Of a stretch of 64,000 nucleotides of DNA, positions 10,513-20,748 are shown piece after piece. Source of the stretch: an uncultured Jannaschia sp. (lineage in GTDB: Bacteria > Pseudomonadota > Alphaproteobacteria > Rhodobacterales > Rhodobacteraceae); contig CAZWWR010000004.1 in assembly GCA_964637265.1 (NCBI GenBank), forward strand, positions 261 through 64,260, in the 5' to 3' direction. The first letter of the stretch is position 1; each line of letters starts with the position of its first letter. Position numbers and translations under genes: made by a program. The notes under the pieces were generated by a model that saw only the letters and a list, made by a program, of their open reading frames with translations, had not been told where the DNA came from and ran no database searches.

Positions 10513-10740
10513 CTACCAGAGCTTGGCCTTCGGGATGCTGCCCCATTCGTGCGAAGCACGGCGGTCCCGAGGGACGGGCAGGCCGATGTCCTTCAGGCCC
10601 TCCGCGGTCATCCGCTCCAGCGTGCGGGCATCGCGGCGTCGCTGCGCCGCCTCTGCGACCTGCGAGGTCAGGGCGTTCAGGACACCTCGGAGCGCGGGCA
10701 TGGCGATGCGTCGGGGGGTCCGGTCGTCGATGGCAGTCAT
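10513..10740 (-). CDS. Small DUF1127 (YjiS-like) protein
   Basis: 75 aa, GGAG RBS; RRRDARTLERMTAEGLKDIGL matches the RR..R..L..L....L.DIGL pattern. Confidence 0.7.
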   Translation of the reverse strand: MTAIDDRTPRRIAMPALRGVLNALTSQVAEAAQRRRDARTLERMTAEGLKDIGLPVPRDRRASHEWGSIPKAKLW

Positions 10741-10947
10741 GGCGGTTCTCCGGTGCGGATCGGGCGCGACATCCCGTCGGCCCGGGGAAATCCTGCCGGA
10801 CCGGGCGTCAGGGCGGCGCAATCTGGGAGGCCTGCATCGCGAACCTCACCGTCAAAACCGCGCAAGAACTCCGTCGGGGCCGAAAAACCTGCGCAAGATC
10901 CCTCCACCGGCGGGCGGAGCCGCCCCGATGCTGCTATCCTGACCGCG

Positions 10948-12591
10948 ATGGCGAGCCTCGTCCTGCATCTCTCCGGACCGTTCCGCATCGCCCGGCACGA
11001 TGGCGGCCCACCCATTCACTTGGGCCGTCGCGCGCAGGGGCTCCTGGCGTATCTCTGCTGTCAGGAGGAAATGCGAGCGGAGCGCGCGTTGCTCGCGGCG
11101 CTGCTCTGGTCCGACCGGGGGGAGGCGCAGGCGCGTGCCTCGCTGCGACAGGAGCTCTCGGTGCTGAGGCGTACCCTGCCCGAGGGCGTGCTCCTGGCGG
11201 ACCGGTACACCGTGTCCCTCGCACCGGACGAGGTGCAGGTGCAGCGCGGTGTCGGCCCCTTCCTGCAGGGCTTCGACCTCGTGTCGGAGGGCTTCGAGGA
11301 ATGGCTGCGAAGCGAGCGCCTCGCTGGGGAAACCGCCGCCACGGCGCGGCCCGCGGTAGAGCCTGACCGACGCGGCCGGCCGTCTCTGGCGGTCCTGCCC
11401 TTCGAGGAGATCGGCGTGCCCGACTCCGACATGTTCGCGGACGGCATGGTCGAGGAGATCACCGGCGCCCTCAGCCGCGTGCACGCGTTCCACGTCATCG
11501 CCCGCCAGTCGGCCTACGCCCTCCGCAACGAGACGCTCCCGCCTCCCGAGATCGCCCGCAGGCTCGGTGCGAGGTATCTGCTGACCGGCTCGGTTCGCCG
11601 CGCGGGTAAGCGGGTGCGTCTCTCCACGCAGCTCGTCCATGGCCCTGACGGGCGCACCTTGTGGTCCGAGCGGTTCGACGACCGGCTCGACGATCTCTTC
11701 GACCTCGAGGACCGGATCGCCGCACAGGTGGCGGGCCACCTCGCCCCGAACCTCCGGGCGGCCGAGATCGCCCGTGCCGGCCGCCGCCCGCCCGAGAGCC
11801 GCAGCGCCTACGAGCTCGTCCTAACGGCGCTCCCCCATTTCTGGGTCCACGACCCGGAGGAGAACCGTCGGGCTCTGACCCTCCTCGACGCCGCCCTGAC
11901 GCAGGCGCCCGACCACGCGCCGGCGCACGCGATGAAGGCATGGTGCCATGCGCACGAGTGCTGCTACCTGTGGTCGGCATCCCACGAGACTGATCGGGCC
12001 GCGGCCGCCGCCTCGTTCGACGCGGCCCTGCCTCGGGTCGCGGACCACGCCCCGTCGCTCACCGCACTGTCCGCCGCGTCGGCACAGGCCCTGGGCGACC
12101 CCATGCGCTCCGAGGAACTGGCGCGGCGGGCGCTGGCGCTCGATCCGAACAACGCCTGGGCCTGGCTGCGCCTCGGCTGGGCGGTCGTCTACACGGGCCG
12201 CGCCACGGAGTCGCTCGAGTATTTCGACCGGGCGGAGGACCTAAGCCCGCTCGACCCCTTCCTGTTCAACATCGATTTCGGGCGGAGCTGTGCGCTGCGT
12301 ACCATGCGGCGTTTCGACGAAGCGGTCGCGCTCATCGAGCGGGGCATGCGGGCCGCCCCGAAGGCGCGCTGGGCGAACCGGATGCTGTTCGGGGCGCTCT
12401 GGCTCGCAGGTGACCGCGAGGGGGCCTTGGCCGCCGGGCGCCGCTGGCTCGGGGCGCATCCGGGCCTCTCCCGCGAGGCGCTGGTGGCCGGGCTTCCGGC
12501 TTGGCGACACGATCCCGCCTACATGGACGTGCTGCAGCGCTTCGACGAGCTGATCCCGGAGCCCGAGCCTATCTGTTCCCCCGCGCGCTGA
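10948..12591 (+). CDS. Transcriptional regulator: SARP-like wHTH + TolB-like domain + TPR repeats
   Basis: LLAYL..RALLAALLWSDRGEAQARASLRQEL; PSLAVLPF..DGMVEEITGALSR; RALALDPNNAWAW TPRs. Confidence 0.8.
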   Translation: MASLVLHLSGPFRIARHDGGPPIHLGRRAQGLLAYLCCQEEMRAERALLAALLWSDRGEAQARASLRQELSVLRRTLPEGVLLADRYTVSLAPDEVQVQRGVGPFLQGFDLVSEGFEEWLRSERLAGETAATARPAVEPDRRGRPSLAVLPFEEIGVPDSDMFADGMVEEITGALSRVHAFHVIARQSAYALRNETLPPPEIARRLGARYLLTGSVRRAGKRVRLSTQLVHGPDGRTLWSERFDDRLDDLFDLEDRIAAQVAGHLAPNLRAAEIARAGRRPPESRSAYELVLTALPHFWVHDPEENRRALTLLDAALTQAPDHAPAHAMKAWCHAHECCYLWSASHETDRAAAAASFDAALPRVADHAPSLTALSAASAQALGDPMRSEELARRALALDPNNAWAWLRLGWAVVYTGRATESLEYFDRAEDLSPLDPFLFNIDFGRSCALRTMRRFDEAVALIERGMRAAPKARWANRMLFGALWLAGDREGALAAGRRWLGAHPGLSREALVAGLPAWRHDPAYMDVLQRFDELIPEPEPICSPAR

Positions 12592-14068
12592 ACCGTCCGG
12601 CTTCGGCCGCGGCCGCACGAAGCGCACCGGCCTTGTTGACCGTCTCCTGCCATTCCGACTGCGGGTCGCTGTCGTGGACGACCCCTCCGCCCGCCTGGAC
12701 GATCAGCTTCCCGTCCTTCACCACGGCCGTCCTCAGCGCGATGCACATGTCCATGTCGCCGCCCGCGCTGAAGTAGCCGACCCCGCCGCCGTAGACGCCG
12801 CGCTTCTCCGGCTCCAGCTCGTCGATGATCTCCATGGCCCGCACCTTGGGCGCGCCCGAAACCGTTCCGGCCGGCAGCCCGGCGAGAAGGGCCGACAGGG
12901 CGTCGTGCTCCTCCGCGAGCTCCCCCACGACGTTCGAGACGATGTGCATGACGTGGCTGTAGCGTTCGACCACGAACTCCTCGGTAGGCCGCACGGAGCC
13001 GACGCGGGCCACGCGACCCACGTCGTTGCGCCCGAGGTCGAGCAGCATCAGATGCTCGGCCCGCTCCTTCGGGTCGGCGAGAAGCTCGCTCTCGAGCGCG
13101 GCATCCTCCTGCGGCGTGCCGCCCCGCGGGCGCGTCCCCGCGATCGGGCGGATCGTCACCTCGCGGCCGAAGACCCGGACGAGGATCTCGGGGCTCGCGC
13201 CCACGATCTGGTAGCCGCCGAGGTCGAAGTGGAACATGAAGGGCGACGGGTTGGTCCGCCGCAGCGCGCGGTAGAGGCTGAACGGCGGCAGCGGGAAATC
13301 CCAGCTCCATCGCTGCGACGGAACCACCTGGAAGATGTCGCCCGCGCGGATGTAGGCCTTCGCCCGCTCGACGGCATCGAGGTACTCAGCCGGCGTGAAG
13401 TTGCTCGTCCCCTCGTCCAGTTCGAAGGGATCGCCCATGTCGCGGGGCTCCGTCACGGGGCGGTCGAGCGCGCCGAGCGCGTCCTGCAGCCTCTCCGCCG
13501 CCTGGGCATAGGCCGCCCGCGCGGGGCTCGGGCCCGCCCATACCGGAGCGACGAGCGTGACCTCTCCCTTCACGCCGTCGAGAACCGCGACGACCGAGGG
13601 CCGCATCAGCACGGCGTCCGGGAGTCCGAGCCGGTCGGGCGGCATCGCCGGGAGACGCTCGACGAGCCGGATCATGTCGTAGCCGAGGAAGCCGAAGAGA
13701 CCGGCGGAGGCGGCCGGAAGGCCCTCGGGTAGCTCCATGCGGCTCTCGGCCAGGAGCGTGCGGATCGCGTCCAGCGGCGGGCCCGCGTCCTCCCACCCGT
13801 CCGGATCCCAGCGGGCCGCGCGGTTGACGCGGCTTGTCTCGCCCCGGCATTCCCAGATGAGATCCGGCTTCATCCCGACGATGGAGAACCGACCCCGGAC
13901 ATCGCCGCCGGTCACCGACTCGAGCACGAAGGAATGGGGCCCCGCGCCGGCGAGCTTGAGCATCAGGGAGACGGGAGTGTCGAGGTCCGCCGGGAGCCGC
14001 GTCCATAGAACCTGATTGCGACCTGCCTCGTACCCCTCGGCGAACTCTGCGAACCCGGGCGCGATCAT
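12569..14068 (-). CDS. trpE: Anthranilate synthase component I
   Basis: LESV, GDIFQVVPSQR, NPSPFM, RPIAGTRPRG, EHLMLLDLGRND, GTVSGAPKVRAM. Confidence 0.97.
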   Translation of the reverse strand: MIAPGFAEFAEGYEAGRNQVLWTRLPADLDTPVSLMLKLAGAGPHSFVLESVTGGDVRGRFSIVGMKPDLIWECRGETSRVNRAARWDPDGWEDAGPPLDAIRTLLAESRMELPEGLPAASAGLFGFLGYDMIRLVERLPAMPPDRLGLPDAVLMRPSVVAVLDGVKGEVTLVAPVWAGPSPARAAYAQAAERLQDALGALDRPVTEPRDMGDPFELDEGTSNFTPAEYLDAVERAKAYIRAGDIFQVVPSQRWSWDFPLPPFSLYRALRRTNPSPFMFHFDLGGYQIVGASPEILVRVFGREVTIRPIAGTRPRGGTPQEDAALESELLADPKERAEHLMLLDLGRNDVGRVARVGSVRPTEEFVVERYSHVMHIVSNVVGELAEEHDALSALLAGLPAGTVSGAPKVRAMEIIDELEPEKRGVYGGGVGYFSAGGDMDMCIALRTAVVKDGKLIVQAGGGVVHDSDPQSEWQETVNKAGALRAAAAEAGRFSARGNR

Positions 14069-15915
14069 CGCGCCAGCAACTGCGCCTGCACGGCCTGGAC
14101 CGCGCCCTGATCGACCGTGAGCCCGGCTTCCTCCTGCACCGCACGGCCATAGGCCTCGAACAGGTCGCCCGCCACGTCGCGGCGAGCCCGGTCGCGGAAC
14201 GCGTCCGTGAGGGCGGCCATGTCAGCGTCTTCCGGATCGGCTTCGTGGACGGCGTCGGTGCGCAGGATCCAGGCCCGGCCGTCGTCGCCGGCCAGGACGG
14301 CGATCTCTCCCTCGGCCGTCTCGAACAGCAGGTCCACCGCGCCCTGCGGAGCCCCGGGCAGCATCCCGTCGCGAGACACGTCGGTGACCGCGAAGCTCGA
14401 CAGGCCCAGAGCGTCCGCCGTCTCTCCCCCGCGCAGGCGGTCGGCCAACGCTTCGGCCCGCTCCAGCAGCCTGTCCTGCGTCGTGCTGGCACGCCAGGCC
14501 GCCTCGACCTCCTCGCGAACCTCCTCGAGCGGGGGCACCTCGGACGGGATGACTTCGTCGAGCCGGAGCGCGGCCAGGCCCCCGTCGTCGAGCTCGATCA
14601 GCTCCGGAAAGTCGCCTTCCTCGGCGGCTGCAGCGGCGGCGAGGAAGGACGGATCGGCCGCCACGCCCGTGCCCTCGGAAGCTCCGAGTTCAACCGTGCC
14701 CAGCTCCAGCTCCGTCTCGGCCGCGAGTTCCTCAAGCGTCGCGCCCCCGGCGAGGAGATCGTCGGCCGGCTCCCGTTCGGCATCGATGACACCTCGGGCC
14801 TCCTCGGCGGCCAGCTCCGCCTGAAGCTCCTCGCGGACGTCCTCGAGCGGAGTCACGGACGGGGCGAGCACCGCGTTCACCCTGTAGAGGGCCGGGCCGA
14901 GCTCCGTCTCCACCGGCCCGACGACGCCCGGCTCCTCGAGGGCGAAGATCTCGGCCGCCGCTTCTTCCGAGACGTCCGCCGCGGAGAGTTCGCCCTGATC
15001 CACATCCTCGAGGCCGAGGCCCCGGTCCGCGACGAGCCCGGCAAAGGTCGCCTCGCCAGAGGCGATCGCGGAGGCCGCGGCCTCCGCCGTACCCTCGTCG
15101 CCGAAGACGAGCCGCTCGGCCAGCACCCGCGCCGGCCGGGCGTATTCGTCGGACCGGGCGACGTAGAGGCTCTCGATCTCGGTGGCGGGCACGCGGATCC
15201 GCTCGGCCACGCCGTCCGTGGTGGCGGCGGCATAGTTGATCCGGCGGCGCTCGGGCCGGGCGAACAGGTCGGGGTTCTCCTCGTAGAAGGCGGCGATCTC
15301 TTCCGCGGTCGGGGCGATCTCGCCTTCCAGCCTGTCTACCCCCACCGGCATGAGCGTCACGTCCCTCCGCTCCGCCGCCCACCGCGCCATCGTCTCGACA
15401 TAGGTCGCAGGCGCCTCGACTGCGCCGAGGACGGCGGCCTGAAGGATCTCGCGTGCGGCCTCGCCTCGCACGTCCTCCTCGAACTGCGCCTCGTTGAGCC
15501 CCGCCTGCCGCAGCGCGAAGGCGTATGCCTCCCGATCGAAGCCAGAGGCGCCCTGGAAGGCGGGGACTGCGAGGATCCGGCGTGCGACCTCCTCGTCGCC
15601 GACCGAAAGGCCCATGCGGGCGGCCTCGTGCTCGAGCGCCGCGATCGCGATCAGGCCCTCGATCACCTGCCGATCGATCCCGAGCCCCCGCATCTGATCG
15701 AGCGTCAGGGGCTCTCCGGTCGCTTCGGCCACGCGCTGCTGCTGGTTTCGCAGGGCGCGCGCATACTCCTCGGCCTCGATCTCGGCGTCGCCCACCGTCG
15801 CGACCGTGGTGACGGATCCCCCGAACCCGCCGATGCCGAAGCCGGCGAGGCCCACGAGCAGCAGCCCGAGGATGATCCACACGAAGACCTTGGATGCCTT
15901 GCGCTTGGTCGCCAT
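14065..15915 (-). CDS. ppiD: Membrane-anchored periplasmic chaperone/PPIase (PpiD-like, SurA N-terminal domain)
   Basis: N-terminal TM anchor, VATVGD, GLSVGDEEV, parvulin-like GPVETELG; coupled to trpE. Confidence 0.8.
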   Translation of the reverse strand: MATKRKASKVFVWIILGLLLVGLAGFGIGGFGGSVTTVATVGDAEIEAEEYARALRNQQQRVAEATGEPLTLDQMRGLGIDRQVIEGLIAIAALEHEAARMGLSVGDEEVARRILAVPAFQGASGFDREAYAFALRQAGLNEAQFEEDVRGEAAREILQAAVLGAVEAPATYVETMARWAAERRDVTLMPVGVDRLEGEIAPTAEEIAAFYEENPDLFARPERRRINYAAATTDGVAERIRVPATEIESLYVARSDEYARPARVLAERLVFGDEGTAEAAASAIASGEATFAGLVADRGLGLEDVDQGELSAADVSEEAAAEIFALEEPGVVGPVETELGPALYRVNAVLAPSVTPLEDVREELQAELAAEEARGVIDAEREPADDLLAGGATLEELAAETELELGTVELGASEGTGVAADPSFLAAAAAAEEGDFPELIELDDGGLAALRLDEVIPSEVPPLEEVREEVEAAWRASTTQDRLLERAEALADRLRGGETADALGLSSFAVTDVSRDGMLPGAPQGAVDLLFETAEGEIAVLAGDDGRAWILRTDAVHEADPEDADMAALTDAFRDRARRDVAGDLFEAYGRAVQEEAGLTVDQGAVQAVQAQLLAR

Positions 15916-16254
15916 CCGCCGCTCTCTCCCGTTCGGGCTTCGTCCCGGCACGGGCCCCGCAACCGCGTGGCCCTCCGCCGCCGATCCGCATGGGGGATAC
16001 GGGCCGTGCGGACCGGACGCAAGCACGGCCGGACCCTCCATACACGTCCAGACAGGGACTAAACCGGTGGTGCGGTTTGCACGGGCTTACGCATCGATGA
16101 CCGATCCTCGCGAGCTTCGCCGGGGTTTGGCGTCGCGTGTCCGGGGCACCGGTGCCCGGCGACGGAAGAGCCGGTCACGTCCTTCGCGCGCGATATCCGA
16201 CGCGCACCCGGCAGGGCCTCGTCATGGTTCATGAGAGCCAAGGCCACTCGCGTT

Positions 16255-16683
16255 TCAGTCCGGCCCCGGGATGCCGAACCCCGCCGGCGCGAGTTCGAAG
16301 CCCTCGTAGCGGAACCCGGGACTCACCGTGCAGCCGACGAGCGACCACGCGCCGGTCGTCTCCGCGGCCTGCCAATGGTGGGGCGGCACGATGGCTTGCG
16401 GGCGATGGCGAAGAGGATCCTGACCGAGGATGTGGGGCACGGCGGGGCCAACGGAGTCCGCAGCCATGCTCAGCGTCAGTGGTGCACCCGCATGGAAGTG
16501 CCAGATCTCCGTGGCATCCACCCGGTGCCAGTGGCTCCGTTCGCCTGCGCGCAGGAGGAAGAGGATGGCCGTCCCCGAGGGCCTCTCACCGTCGGGAGTG
16601 TCCGCCACCCAGGTCTGCCGGTACCACCCGCCCTCCGGATGCGGTTGGAGCCCGTGATGGGCGATGATGTCCTCGGCCCTCAT
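16255..16683 (-). CDS. Cupin_5 (DUF985) protein
   Basis: LQPHPEGGWY, TAILFLL, SHWHRVDATEIWHFHAG, CTVSPGF. Confidence 0.9.
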   Translation of the reverse strand: MRAEDIIAHHGLQPHPEGGWYRQTWVADTPDGERPSGTAILFLLRAGERSHWHRVDATEIWHFHAGAPLTLSMAADSVGPAVPHILGQDPLRHRPQAIVPPHHWQAAETTGAWSLVGCTVSPGFRYEGFELAPAGFGIPGPD

Positions 16684-17576
16684 ACGGCCGGCTCCGACCG
16701 CCTCTCCCGATGGACGGTGTACAGCCCAGCGGCCACCGTCACCACGATCCCGACCGCCGCAAGTCCGTCGGGCAGGTCTCCGAAGATGAGAAGGCCGTAG
16801 AGGGTGGCGATGGGGATCTCGAGATACTGCATCGGCGCCAGGGTAGCGGATGGGGCATAGCGAAGGGACCACGTCATCAGGAGGTGGCCGAACGTGCCGA
16901 GCGCCCCGAGGAGGAGCAGGAGCGGCCAATGCTCCGCGACGCCATCGGGGACGAGGGGACCGGCCATCGCGAGCGCGGGGAGGAGAACGATGCAGGCCAG
17001 CCAACCGGAATGCGCCTGCATGGCCACGGGATCGGCCGCGCGTGCGAGGAGGCGTGTGACCAGCATGAAGGCGGTGAAGACGAAGGCGACACCGAGCGGC
17101 AACAGCGCGGGCCAGCCGACCTCGGCGAAGGCCGGCTGAACCACCATCAGCGTTCCGGCGAACCCCGCCACGCACGCCGCGATCCTGTGCGGACCGACCT
17201 CCTCCCGCAGCAGGAGGCGCCCCGCGAGGAGGAGGAGAAACGGCATCACGAAGGCGATGGCGATGGCGTCGGCCAGGGGGAGGTACAGGAGAGACGTGGT
17301 CATCAGCCAGATGCCCGCCACCTGCAGCGCCGTGCGGACCGCCGTCAGTCCCCAGGCCCGCCGGCTCATGCGCATGTCCCGCCCGGTCGCGAGCGACAGC
17401 GGGAGCAGGATGGCCGCCTGCGCGGCGAACCTCACGAGCACGAGGAACGCCACCGGCAGGACCGCAGCCAGGATCTTGGCGGTCGCATCCGCCAAGGGCG
17501 CGCAGAGGCAGAAGCCGATCATGAGCGCGACCCCCAGTGCGGGCCTGTCGACGAGGGCGGGCGATGCAGTGGTCAT
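16680..17576 (-). CDS. DMT/EamA family transporter
   Basis: About 10 TM helices, LPLADAIAI, LAPMQYLEI. Confidence 0.9.
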   Translation of the reverse strand: MTTASPALVDRPALGVALMIGFCLCAPLADATAKILAAVLPVAFLVLVRFAAQAAILLPLSLATGRDMRMSRRAWGLTAVRTALQVAGIWLMTTSLLYLPLADAIAIAFVMPFLLLLAGRLLLREEVGPHRIAACVAGFAGTLMVVQPAFAEVGWPALLPLGVAFVFTAFMLVTRLLARAADPVAMQAHSGWLACIVLLPALAMAGPLVPDGVAEHWPLLLLLGALGTFGHLLMTWSLRYAPSATLAPMQYLEIPIATLYGLLIFGDLPDGLAAVGIVVTVAAGLYTVHRERRSEPAV

Positions 17577-17858
17577 GGGTCCGGCATAGGCAGTCCGGTG
17601 GGGGTCGGCAACGCCGCCGGGCGGCGATATCGCCCCCCGCCAAAGCGTCCCCCATGTGAGGACCACGGTCCGTCTCCGGCCCGACTCGGGCCAAACCTTG
17701 CGCTCCACCCCCAGCCTCTCGTGGACACTTGCACCAAGTCGCCGGACCCCGGGAGGGTCGACAGGCGAGGAACCGAGAATCGTCTACCGGGTTCTCGGAT
17801 GCGCGCTCCGCCGCCATCGGCGCCATCGACCGCGGCTGCCCCGGTTCGGTTGCCGAGC

Positions 17859-18410
17859 CTAACCTCCGGCACCCATCCCGCGGGCTTCGGCGAGGGCGGG
17901 CCGGATCGTGTCCTCGACGACGGATTGCGTGATCGGACCCGCGAAACGCAGGACGACCGTTCCGTCGCCGGCGATCACGAAGGTCTCGGGCACGCCATAG
18001 AGCCCCCAGTCGAGCCCCGTGCGTCCGGTGCCATCCGCCATGTGGGCTACGAACGGGTCGCCCAGTTCCTCGAGGAAGCCGAGGGCGTCGCCGGCCTGAT
18101 CCTTGTAGTTGATCCCGTAGATCGGGACCTCCTCGGCGAGCAGCTCCAGTTGCGGGTGCTCCGCCCGGCAGGGCACGCACCACGACGCCCAGAAGTTGAC
18201 CAGCTTCGCGTCGCCGTCGCCGAGTGCGCCCGCGTCGAAGGCCGGCTTGCCGGGCAGCTCTGTCACCGTCATCTCCGGCGCGGGTCCGCCCTCGATGGCC
18301 GAAGGCAGGGTATCACGCGTCTCGACGGGCCGGAGGTTGGCCGCGAGGAAGAATCCCGCCAGCGCGGCGAAGAGCCCGACCGGCACGAGCGCCACCCAGT
18401 TGTACCTCAC
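17859..18410 (-). CDS. ccmG: Thiol:disulfide interchange protein CcmG/DsbE
   Basis: GTG start overlapping ccmD; NFWASWCVPC, GINYKD, YGVPETF. Confidence 0.93.
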   Translation of the reverse strand: MRYNWVALVPVGLFAALAGFFLAANLRPVETRDTLPSAIEGGPAPEMTVTELPGKPAFDAGALGDGDAKLVNFWASWCVPCRAEHPQLELLAEEVPIYGINYKDQAGDALGFLEELGDPFVAHMADGTGRTGLDWGLYGVPETFVIAGDGTVVLRFAGPITQSVVEDTIRPALAEARGMGAGG

Positions 18411-18547
18411 CGGCGCTCCTCCCCGTCGAGGCGGCGCTTCATGCGCCGCGCCGACCAGACCGACTGGGCTACGAGCGCCCCGATCAGCCCGAGCGAGATG
18501 CCGAACGCCAGCAGGATGTCGAAGGCGTAGCGCCCGAGGTCGATCAT
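18407..18547 (-). CDS. ccmD: Haem exporter protein CcmD
   Basis: 46 aa, one TM plus basic tail (MIDLGRYA...), between ccmC and ccmG. Confidence 0.85.
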   Translation of the reverse strand: MIDLGRYAFDILLAFGISLGLIGALVAQSVWSARRMKRRLDGEERR

Positions 18548-19323
18548 GCCATGCGGCTCCGGAGGCCCAGCGCGTGGAGGCGGCGGCGGCGCAGCTCGGT
18601 CCGGGTGCGCAGCAGGACCAGAGCGACGAAGAGCGCCACGAAGCCCCCCAGCGTTGTGACGAGCGGAAACCAGAAGATGTCCGCGATGTTCTCCTCCGCA
18701 TCGAGCGAGAGGGACGCCCCCTGATGGAGGCCCTGGTTCCAGAACTGCGCCGCGTATCGCGAGATCACGGCGAAGACGGAGCCGACGAGGCAGAGCACCG
18801 AGGTGAGGTCCGCCGCCGCGTCCGGGCTCTCGACCGCCTCCCAGAGGGCGATGTAGCCGACGTAGAAGAGGCAGAGGATGAGGAACGCCGTCAGGCGCGG
18901 ATCCCACTCCCAGTAGGTGCCCCACATCGGTTTGCCCCAAATCGCCCCGGTGGCGAGCGCCACGACCGTCATGACGAGCCCGACCGGTGCGGCCGCGCGT
19001 GCGGCGAGCGCCGAGACGTGATGCCGCCGCACGAGCCAGACGAGGGACGCCACCAGCATCATGAACCATGCGTTGATGGCGATGAAGGCGGAGGGGACGT
19101 GGACGTAGATGATCTTCACGGAATGACCCATCCGGAAGTCCTCCGGCGTACCGAAGAACCCCCATCCCAGCCCCACGGCGCACAGTACCGCCGCGAGGCC
19201 CCAGGCCCACGGCAGAACGGTGCCCGACCACGCCATGAATCGGCGCGGATTGGCGAACTCCCAGAGCGAGCCGGGCCGGGCGGAAGCGCGGGCGGGTTCC
19301 ATCACGCGCAAGGTATGGGCCAT
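18544..19323 (-). CDS. ccmC: Haem exporter protein CcmC
   Basis: IIYVHVP, WGKPMWGTYWEWDPRLT (WWD motif), GLHQ; start uncertain (19323 or 19302). Confidence 0.95.
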   Translation of the reverse strand: MAHTLRVMEPARASARPGSLWEFANPRRFMAWSGTVLPWAWGLAAVLCAVGLGWGFFGTPEDFRMGHSVKIIYVHVPSAFIAINAWFMMLVASLVWLVRRHHVSALAARAAAPVGLVMTVVALATGAIWGKPMWGTYWEWDPRLTAFLILCLFYVGYIALWEAVESPDAAADLTSVLCLVGSVFAVISRYAAQFWNQGLHQGASLSLDAEENIADIFWFPLVTTLGGFVALFVALVLLRTRTELRRRRLHALGLRSRMA

Positions 19324-19339
19324 GGCGGGGCCCCGCAAG

Positions 19340-19996
19340 TCAGCGCAGGTTGATGCGCAGGGCCGCCGCCGCGGCGAAGGGAAGCAGAGCCAGCGATCCG
19401 AGGGTAACCGCCGCGAGGAGGGCGAGCGGCGTGCCCGCGGACATGCCCTCGGCGCCCCTGCGGGTGACCTCCGCCCCGAAGACGAGCGTCGGGATGTAGA
19501 GCGGGAGGACCAGCAGCGAGAGGAGGAGGGAGCCTCTGCGGAGGCCGACCGTGAGGGCCGCGCCGAACGTGCCGATCACCGACAGGGCGGGCGTGCCCAC
19601 CGCCAGCGACAGCACGAGCCAGGGGATGCCCTCCGCCGGCAGGAAGAGGAGCACCGACAGGAGCGGCGCGGCGAGCACGAGTGGAAGCCCGGTCGTCAGC
19701 CAGTGCGCGAGGGCCTTGATCGCGGCGACGGCTTCGAGCGGCAGGGGGGCCGTGGCGATGAGCTCGAGGCTGCCATCCTCCAGGTCGAGGGCCCACAGCC
19801 GGTCGAGGGACAGCAGGCAGGCGAGCAGAGCCCCCAGCCACAGGATGCCCGGCGCGGTTGGGGCGAGCGTCGCCGAGTTCGGACCGACACCGAGTGGAAC
19901 GAGCGTGGCCACGATCAGGAAGAAGGCGAGACCCTGACCGAGCCCGCCCCCGGCCCGGGTCGCGAGGCGCAGGTCCCGTAGGAGGAGGGCGATCAT
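19340..19996 (-). CDS. ccmB: Haem exporter protein CcmB
   Basis: [27 protein letters not shown]. Confidence 0.95.
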   Translation of the reverse strand: MIALLLRDLRLATRAGGGLGQGLAFFLIVATLVPLGVGPNSATLAPTAPGILWLGALLACLLSLDRLWALDLEDGSLELIATAPLPLEAVAAIKALAHWLTTGLPLVLAAPLLSVLLFLPAEGIPWLVLSLAVGTPALSVIGTFGAALTVGLRRGSLLLSLLVLPLYIPTLVFGAEVTRRGAEGMSAGTPLALLAAVTLGSLALLPFAAAAALRINLR

Positions 19997-20634
19997 TCGA
20001 GCGCCTCGGCGAACGGATCGCGCATCGGGCTCGCGCGGTCTCCGGCTTCACGCGCGCCAAGCGCGGAGACGTCGATCCCCCGCGCCTCGGCCAGCCCGAG
20101 ATCGATATGGGTGGCGATCACCGCCGACCCGCCGGCCTCGAGGTGCGCCGTGACGGCACGGGCGAAGCGGCGGACGCTGGCGGCGTCGAGCGAGACCGTC
20201 GGTTCGTCGAGGAGCCAGACGGGACGACCGGTCAGCAGGAGGCGCGCGAGGGCTGCACGGCGCTTCTGTCCGGCGGAGAGGTCGGCGGCGCGGCGGGAGG
20301 CGAGGGCCTCGAGATCGAATGTGGCGACGGCCCGTGCGACGCCAGCCGCACCGGTGCCGAAGGCGGCGGCCCAGAAGGCCAGGTTCTCGCCCACCGTAAG
20401 CTGGCCCTTGAGCCCGTCCGCATGGCCTCCATAGGCGAAGGCTTCGGAGGATGCCTCGACACGCCCGGCCGCCGGGGGCGCGAGGCCTGCGAGGGTGCGG
20501 AGCAAGGTCGTCTTGCCCGATCCGTTCGGGCCTCGGAGGATCAGCGCCTCCCCCGGCTCGACCGCGAAAGTGACGCCCTCGAGGACGAGGGCCTCCCCCC
20601 GTCGACAGGCCAGTTCCACCACGCCCCACGCCAT
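19993..20634 (-). CDS. ccmA: Haem exporter ATP-binding protein CcmA
   Basis: [22 protein letters not shown]. Confidence 0.95.
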   Translation of the reverse strand: MAWGVVELACRRGEALVLEGVTFAVEPGEALILRGPNGSGKTTLLRTLAGLAPPAAGRVEASSEAFAYGGHADGLKGQLTVGENLAFWAAAFGTGAAGVARAVATFDLEALASRRAADLSAGQKRRAALARLLLTGRPVWLLDEPTVSLDAASVRRFARAVTAHLEAGGSAVIATHIDLGLAEARGIDVSALGAREAGDRASPMRDPFAEALE

Positions 20635-20748
20635 GCCGTCCCGTGCCACGCCTGCGTCCGCCCCGTCTCACCGTGCCGCCGGGCAGGGTGCTAGCGCGCT
20701 AATGTCCCGGACGCCATCGCAGCGAGCGGTCGGGCGCGGGCACCGGCG

